DNA of 64,000 bases. Origin: Octopus vulgaris. Lineage: Eukaryota. This document shows, piece after piece, positions 56,226 to 64,000 of the stretch. Numbering within the stretch: position 1 is the stretch's first letter; each line of letters starts with the position of its first letter. The stretch lies in the NCBI GenBank assembly GCA_951406725.2, contig OX597815.1, positions 166,346,001 through 166,410,000 on the forward strand. The letters are read 5' to 3'. The notes beneath the pieces were generated by a model, which saw only the letters and a program-made list of their open reading frames with translations, did no database searches and was not told the DNA's origin. Made by a program: the position numbers and the translations under genes.

Positions 56226-56755
56226 GGATATTTTAGTTTTAAATACATAATGAAAAAAAAAAAGGAAAACTGGAAAAGGTGACGTGTTGGTCATGTCTCG
56301 AACGCTATTGATAATACATCAAATAGATTACGGTTGACCTGGTGATCACCCAAAAAAACAAAACAAAAGAATATGAACGATAAGATCGTCGGTTCGAATC
56401 AAGAGTAAACAGCGATAATCTTATTACCATAAACATTGAGCTATTTGTGATAAATTAAGCTAGAATATGATATAAACTGCCATTAACCCTGCATTTCTTC
56501 CCTTGTTATTCATATTCTTACCTCAAACAATTATTCTGTCGTTTCCGTTATCCCTGTCCCGACCCCTCTCCTTATGCTTCTTTCCTTCGCTTTATCAGTA
56601 TATATCTATTTCCATCATCATCATCTCTATTATCTATCTTTCTCTCTAGCTAGCATCCTCCCACTTCCGGTTGGTTTATGTGTTGGGTTGGGTTCCTTTC
56701 TGTTGGCATCGCATATTGTTTATTCTTTACAACAAACATTATTAGGCACCTTTAG

Positions 56756-57350
56756 AAGTGTGTGGCCCACCTGGATTTTGTTTCCTCATAACTTTCAGAA
56801 AAATAAGTATTTTTTTCAATGAATTTTCTTACAAATGCCTTTCGGATGATGTAGATTATGTTTATATCGGAATTAGTCTTGAAGAAGAAAAAGGAAAAAA
56901 AATTGACAGGCGCGCGCACATACATTCTGATACACATCACGTACAATTTATCAAGAAAATGAAACTTGAAATATAAAAAAAAATTACGTATTGTATAACA
57001 GTATGTGTGTGTGTGCATGCTAACCATTTTTTTTTCTTCTTTTTACCTCATTAAATTCCGATATAATCGTTATCCACTTCATCTGAGTGGTATTGATAGA
57101 AAAATGTCATTAAAAAAAAAAAAAAAATACCCATTTTCTGAATTTTATGAGGAAAATGATATCGACTCGTGTGAATTATCCGAAACTCCTCTTCTGTATC
57201 CGAAAAAAATGCTTCACAATAAATTCTGATATAATCGGAATATACATAACCTGAAAGGTAACTGAAGAAATTTTCATTAAAAATTATCCATTTTTCTGGA
57301 AATTATGAGGAAAGAAAATCGAGTGGTGTGCGCATTTGTATGTAGGTATA
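56756..57350. mobile_element. Foldback-like element, second copy
   Basis: Homologous to 48352-49092. Confidence 0.65.
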
Positions 57351-57580
57351 TGCCATATTTATTCTTTATAACAAACATTATTATATCATAATATCATGAT
57401 AATCATTATAAAAATGTGATGGTTTCCTTGTACTTACAAGGAAACGAAATAACCAATAGGACAAATTACATTAAACACAAATAGAAAATATAATTTTTTA
57501 AAATTCATAATGTTATTTATATAACAACGAGAAAACATTTTATGTTTCGAAGTGATAGATCAATACTATATAACTCTGCA

Positions 57581-57617
<37 letters not shown>

Positions 57618-58327
57618 TTAATAAGTCTATAATTGAAAGGGTGGGACTCCACCATAAGTGCCGCTCTCTGCAGGTTAACTTATAAATAATAACGGGTTAG
57701 AGAATATGAACACGTACTATATATCAAATACGGAGCGCAGCAATTTCAGGAAAGTGGAATTAACTTTACCTACACGGATATATGGATCAAACAATCAAGT
57801 AAGAATATTTTCTAAATATCTTTCATCCTTTACTAAAATATCCTTTATTGATGTGTTGTTTCATTAGTGACTAAAAATCTGTTTAAATATTATATCTTAC
57901 TATTAAAATGTTTTATTTTTGTCATCATTTTAATGCCCACTTTTCAATGCTCACATGCGTCAGAGGACGAAATTTGTTGAAGCGGATTTCTTTCCTTAGC
58001 TGGGTGCTCTCACGTCGTCAACCCATACCTGTTTCTAAGTGATGTACTATTTTTCCCCTGACAATATGTTTTCGCGGAAGATTGGAAACAAAGGACGCTG
58101 TTTGCATGATGACACTTGTTTACAAATATCACATGTGATCTTTCGGTGTAGGCACATAAATTGGATCTACTCTTTAGCGAAAGAAGGCTTTTGAAAGAAA
58201 ATGGTAATCGTTTAGAACATGATAGGCGAACAGTACTTAATTTACCTACATCTCTAAAGTCTCAATAATTCTAAGTGTAAAAATCCAGAAGTTGAAAGAA
58301 AATAATCATATGATAATGTATAATAGT

Positions 58328-58745
58328 CTTTTACTTGTTTCAGTCATTTGACTGTGGCCATGCTGGAGCACCGCCTTTTAGTCGAGCAAATCGACCCCAG
58401 GACTTATTCTTTGGAAGCCTAGTACTTATTCTATCGGTCTCTTTTTACCGAACCGCTAAGTTACGGGGACGTACACACACCAGCATCGGTTGTCAAGCGG
58501 TGGTGGGGGGACACACACACACACACACACAAACATATACACACACATACATACATATATATATATATATACATATATACGACGGGCTTCTTTCAGTTTC
58601 CGTTTACCAAATCCACTCACAAGGCTTTGGTCGGTCCGAGCCTATAGTAGAAGACACTTTGCCCAAGGTGCCACGCAGTGGGAATGAACCCGGAACCATA
58701 TGGTTGGTAAGCAAGCTACTGACCACACAGCCACTCCTGCGCCTA
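58328..58745 (-). mobile_element. SINE family B, full length
   Basis: Matches the other B copies. Confidence 0.9.
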
Positions 58746-59324
58746 TTGTTTATTAATGATGGTTATTTTTAGATTTTGTTACTATCAAAATTCCTTAAGT
58801 GAGACCAAATGATACTAATCCTTAAAGTATTCTTTGAATGGTATGAAGATGTGTTTGTGAAAATGACGCCATGTAAGAATAAATTTTTGTTAGTTGAGAA
58901 GAGACTATCATTCACTTTCTCTCACTTTGCAATAGGTCATTTTATGTGCCTATTTCGAAAGATCGCCATTAATTGCCTTTACGATTATTGACAAAACGTA
59001 GTTCCAGTAATGGAATACAAACCATTGACATATCAGCCAGATATACTTTAATAGACTTGTCGTACTCTTAGTTCGATACGAGATGTAAAAGCTTGGTTAG
59101 AGATATTTGAAACCAGATGATTTCTAAGATATACTCAGTACCTCAAATATTAGGAGGTGGTGGCATAGTTCTTTGTATCGAACCATCATCGGTATTTCAC
59201 GCGTGCATACATTATCAGCCTGGAAAGATAAAAGGCGAGGTTAACCAAGACAAGATTCATACACGGAGTATCAAAAAAGAAAGTTCTGGCACAAATCCAA
59301 TAATTTCGAGGGAGGGATAAATCA

Positions 59325-61160
59325 AATACATCGACCCCAGTGCTCGACTGGTACTTATTTTATCGACCTCGAAAGATTGAAAGGCAAAGACGTCTCTGTG
59401 AAATTTGAACTCGAAATGCAAAGACGGACGAAATGCCGCTAAACATTTTGCCCGGCGTGCTAACGATTCTGCCAGCTCACCACCTTAAGATATTTTGAAA
59501 TATCTACCACCCTTACACTGTACACCATAATCAAACAGCTTTGCGATGTCTACGGGCAATACAATCTCGCCAGTTAAAACTAGTGGCATCAGAGACTATA
59601 CTAAAGTTATGAAATGATGAAACAAAAATACTCCACTGGGAATTTCTGGGATTAAAAAAAAATTTTTTTTAATTTTCAAAAGTTTAGTTTTATTTGTTTT
59701 TTTTTAATTTCTGCTTTAGGCACTTGGCTGGGAATCTTTTGGGAAGAGCGTAGACGATTACATCGACCCCAATGCTACTGATACTTATTTTGACCCCGAA
59801 AGGGTGACCTCAAATGCCACTGAGATCGACATTGCCTTTGACTTTGCCTTTCATTCTTTCGGGTCCGATAAGTACCAGTTAAGCACAGGGATCGACTTAC
59901 CCCGTCTCCCGAAATTGCTGGCCTTGTGCTAAAATGTGGCACCGTTATTATCATCTTTATTTTGTTTGTCTTATGACATCATTCATCGGCAAGACCAGCG
60001 GTCATATATCTTGATCATTGGTCTTCTTGATAAAGTATGTCCTAAACGATGGTTCCTACAGTGACCAGCAATTCTATATCCGATACGTGATGATATAGTG
60101 ACTGAAGGGATAAATGGTTGTTGCTTCTCTCAAGTAGAACGGCTTCGTTGGGATTCTCTTTTCAGTACGATGAGAATTCCTTTGGAAGAGTTAAGTATTT
60201 TTCTGTTTGGATATCATCTAAGTTTTCTCCGAAATATTAAATTTTACTATTTCTATTAGAGGAAAGATAAATATATGGAAGAGATCTGAGTGTTCTCTCT
60301 TATTTTGTTATTATTGTTAAAAACAAGGGGCATAATTATTAGAGCCGCAGAGAAAATGCTTTGCAGTGTTTCTCCCGGCTCATTTACTCCCGAGTTCAAA
60401 TTCCGTCGAAGTGAGCCTTGCCGATCATTCGTCTTTAGAGTTAATAAAATAGAGTAGTATTCAGGTACTAAAATAGATGTAATCAGCTAACGTCCTTCCC
60501 CTAGATTGCTGTTTTTGTGCCGGAAATTAGAAAGAATAATTGTTAGAAACAAGAGGTGAATTGTTAGACAGCCGAGGAAGATTATTTACGCTGTCTTCCG
60601 GTTTTTTACCTCCTCCGTTCAAATTCCGCCGAGATCTACTTTGGCTGTCATCTTTTCGGGCTTGATGAAATAAGTACCAGTTGAACACTGGGGTCGATGT
60701 AGTCGACAAGTCCCCTCGTCCCAAAATTTCAGGATTTCTACATAAAGTAGAAGCAATTCATAAAACAAGAAAAGGACGACGAGCTGATGGAAAATATGCT
60801 TTGCGATATTTGTTCCGGCTCGCTACGTTTTGAGTTCAAATCCTGCCGAACTTAAACTTTGACTTTTGTGTTTTTCGTCTGGAGACGATGGAATAAAGTA
60901 CCAATTAAGAAATAGGGTCGATGGTATTGACTTACCCATCCTGAGGTGGCAAGCTGGTGGAATCGTTAGCTCGTCGGACAAAATTCTTTGCGACATTTAT
61001 TCGGTTTTACGTTCTGAGTCCATATGCCACCAAACTCGACTTTTATCCTTTCGGGATCAATAAGTACCGGTCGACTACTCTTCACCAAAATTTCAGGCCT
61101 TGTGCCTTTAGTAGAAAGGATTAACCTACTGCTTCCCCCCAAAACTGCGGGCTCTGTGCT
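59325..61160. mobile_element. Cluster of diverged SINE family A copies (- at 59325-59487; mixed ~59720-59945; + at ~60340, 60550, 60775, 60943)
   Basis: Recurring family A motifs. Confidence 0.7.
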
Positions 61161-61786
61161 TAAATTAGAGATTATTATTAGAGACAGAAAATTAAGAAAT
61201 TGAAGAACATATGCTGAAAAGTTTAAGGTAAACAAAAACCTTATTCGTGTGTGTAGGTACGCGCGCAATCGGTTTTTGCAGCGGCGGTGACCTTCATTTA
61301 GTGTACCACTAGAGTGTTTTAAAAATGAAACCTGGTTTCATTAGACACGCACACTGATTGAGCTTTGTTATTTATGTTAAAGAAGTATCAAGTGTGGAGA
61401 ACTAGTTAATGCAAACTGATTTAGAACATAATTGATTAAATGCGAAGAGATAAGGTGGCGTAAAATGACATTACAATTAAGATGGGACATCACAAAATCA
61501 TGGCTGTTATTCTAGATTCTTATGTAGCCCCAGGTCAGACGTGACCGATCAGATCATTAAAAAACAAAAAGGACGTTTTAGCAATAACTATTCCCACAAT
61601 TATCGCAGATATAGTATAACTCGGAGCACATTGTCCAACATGTGCTTCGTCCGTTCAGCTCTTCTAGCAGGTCAAACGACTAAATAAAAGCTCTCTCTTT
61701 GGTTCGACATCACCAAATATTAAATCCACGTCTATGAGAATCTGATGATTAGGAATGGATTAGCTTGTAACATTTTAAATATATCA

Positions 61787-62155
61787 AGCGTAGGCGTGGC
61801 TCTGTCGTTGAGAAGCTTGCTTCCCAAACATGTGGTCTTGGGTTCAATCCCACATCGCGGCACCATGGATGTCTTCTACTCTAGCCCTGAGCCGACCAAA
61901 GACTTTTAAGACTATCTGGTAGGTAGGCGGAAACTGAAAGAAGACCATCGTATATAAATGCATGTGTGTGTTGCATTTGTCCTAACCGCCGTTTGACAAC
62001 CGCTGTTGGTCTGTTTACTAAGCGGTCCAGCAAAAAGATCCGACAGAACATGTACCAGGCTTTAAAAGTACTGGGAGTCGATTGGTTCGACTAAAACCTT
62101 TTAAGGCGGTGCCTCAGCATGGTCGCAGTCCAATGACTGAAGTGAGTAAAATATA
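61787..62155 (+). mobile_element. Older SINE family B copy
   Basis: Diverged but collinear with the other B copies. Confidence 0.75.
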
Positions 62156-62574
62156 TAAAATAAGGAAATATATGGAATGTAGATAAGGCAATGGAATTCA
62201 GAACAAATATTGTGTCCCAGTTTGCTGGACAACCACTCTTACTCTCTCAAGGCACCCTCTCTCTTTCCTTCTCTCGTTTTCTCTCTCTACCTCTCCCCCC
62301 TCTCTCTCTTGTAACTTCCACTTGAGTGAATGTATGAAAACTCATGAACTCGTAGGTTTAACCATTATTAGGATCTGTTATATGTGCAGTAGAAATTACA
62401 CAGCTATTTTATATATATAAATAACCAAATTAGCAGTAAGATATATTCAATGCAGGAAGTTGTTAGAAGCTAATTAGATATGATTATAATGTTAGGAAAA
62501 ACAACATTAGTGAAAGACTAATATTAAATGCCATTATAATTACATCGGCATGTAAGGGAGTCAATTCCGCGCTT

Positions 62575-62601
62575 GTTTCGATCTCTAATGACCTCATCAG
62601 C
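62575..62601 (-). ncRNA. Hammerhead ribozyme core (stems I/III not resolved)
   Basis: Reverse complement CTGATGA-GGTC-ATTAGA-GATC-GAAAC. Confidence 0.45.
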
Positions 62602-63169
62602 AAACTGGATTGCGTCTCAGGGTATTTTTGCATGGAATCTTACTCTGGTCTGGCAATGCGTCAAATATTTACACCAACCCAGACATCTTAGCTTGCTAAC
62701 TTTCCTCATTCGTATTTAATTCGTCTCCAGTGGTGGTCATGACTGAACGCCTTAGATAGTATGTAGTTCACAGCTTGATCAGGGTTGAACTGAATCTAAG
62801 CAAACCCATAAAGCAGAAACTCGCAAAATATTCCTGTACAGACACGTTAGCACATACATATGAATTACACACACAAACATGCTCGCACATCGCTGTTAGT
62901 AGTGCAAACTTCTATTAATAAACCCCAAACCACTTAGACATTCCATTGCCAAACGGTATCTATTGTTGTGATCTACACCTCACACACACAGATTTCGAAT
63001 TTCAGAATATGAATGAGGTGAATGCTGAAGTATGAGTCTCGTATAATTTTACTTGCTGTACGTCTGTTACGTCTGCTGTACTAAACACTTGTTTATTTAA
63101 CATAGATGCTCGGGCGTGCGCGTGCGTTCACTCTTTCAATTTATCTGAAGGAGATAATGTAATATATTC

Positions 63170-64000
63170 TCCCTTCTGCTATCATAAGCACAAAGCCTGA
63201 AATTCGGCAGAGTGGTGTCTTGTCGATTATGTCGACCCAATGCTCAACTGGCACTTATTTCATCGATCCCAAGTGGATGAAGGGCAAAGTCAATCTCAGC
63301 GAAACTTGAATAATAACAATAATAATAATAATAATAGTAATTATGATAATAATAATAATGATGGTTTCAAGTTTTGCCACAAGGGCTGCAATTTTGGGAG
63401 AGGGGATGGGTCGATTGCATCGATCTCATTGTTCAACTGGTGCTTATTTTATCGACTCCGAAAGGACAAGTCGACTTCGGCAGAATTTGAACTCAGAAAG
63501 TAGCGACAGACGAAATGCCGCTAAGCATTTCGTCCAGCGCGCAAAAGATTCTGCCAGCTCACCGCCTTAATAACAACAATAATAATAATAATTCTTTCTG
63601 CTATAGGCACAAAGTCTGATATTTTGGAAGAGGGGACTAGTCGATTACATCAATTCCAGTGCTTAACTGGTATTTATTTCAATGACCTCGATAAAAGGTA
63701 AAGTCGACATTGACAGAATTTGAACTCAGAACATAAAACCGGAAGAAATGCCCATAAGCACTTTGTCTGACGCGGTAACGAATCTGTCAGCTCAGCACCT
63801 TGACCTTTTCAAGAGAAAAATGAAAACGTTTTTGATTATAATATAAAGGTAGCGAGCTGGCAGAATCGTTAGCACGTTGTGGGGAAACTGCTTAGCGGTA
63901 TTTCGTCCGTCTTTACATTCTGAGTTCAAATTCTGCCGAGGTCAACTTTGCCTTTCATCCTTTCGGTGTCGATAAAATAAGTACCAGTCGACTACTGGTA
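63170..64000. mobile_element. Four SINE family A copies (three -, last + and cut by the window edge)
   Basis: Family A motifs with (AAT)n tails. Confidence 0.8.

Overview
AT-rich, extremely microsatellite-dense eukaryotic (animal) DNA. The tRNA-derived SINE repertoire and repeat load suggest an octopus or other cephalopod (inference). I could not support any host protein-coding gene: nearly all ORF-track entries are translations of (TA)n/(CA)n/(TCTA)n/(CATA)n tracts or of SINEs, so the window looks intergenic or intronic, with one 100-N gap (17235-17334). It is packed with mobile DNA: four tRNA-headed SINE families (here called A-D); two 5'-truncated Tx1/L1-clade LINE copies sitting in a (TCTA)n array; RTE LINE 3' ends; Penelope-like fragments with several hammerhead-ribozyme motifs; a mariner deletion derivative; Merlin-like and pogo-like MITEs; a Helitron-like element; and hAT and possible piggyBac debris. 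The most notable signals are (1) a SINE-A subfamily whose 3' tail matches the 3' end of the microsatellite-embedded Tx1 LINE and which builds arrays joined at two fixed sites in its own tRNA head, suggesting self-targeting; (2) apparent (TCTA)n-specific Tx1 insertion; (3) hammerhead motifs, some with very long stem II; (4) a minisatellite born from a MITE end plus its TSD; and (5) palindromes centred on (TA)n. Coordinates were read by eye and may be off by a few bases; no database searches were run.
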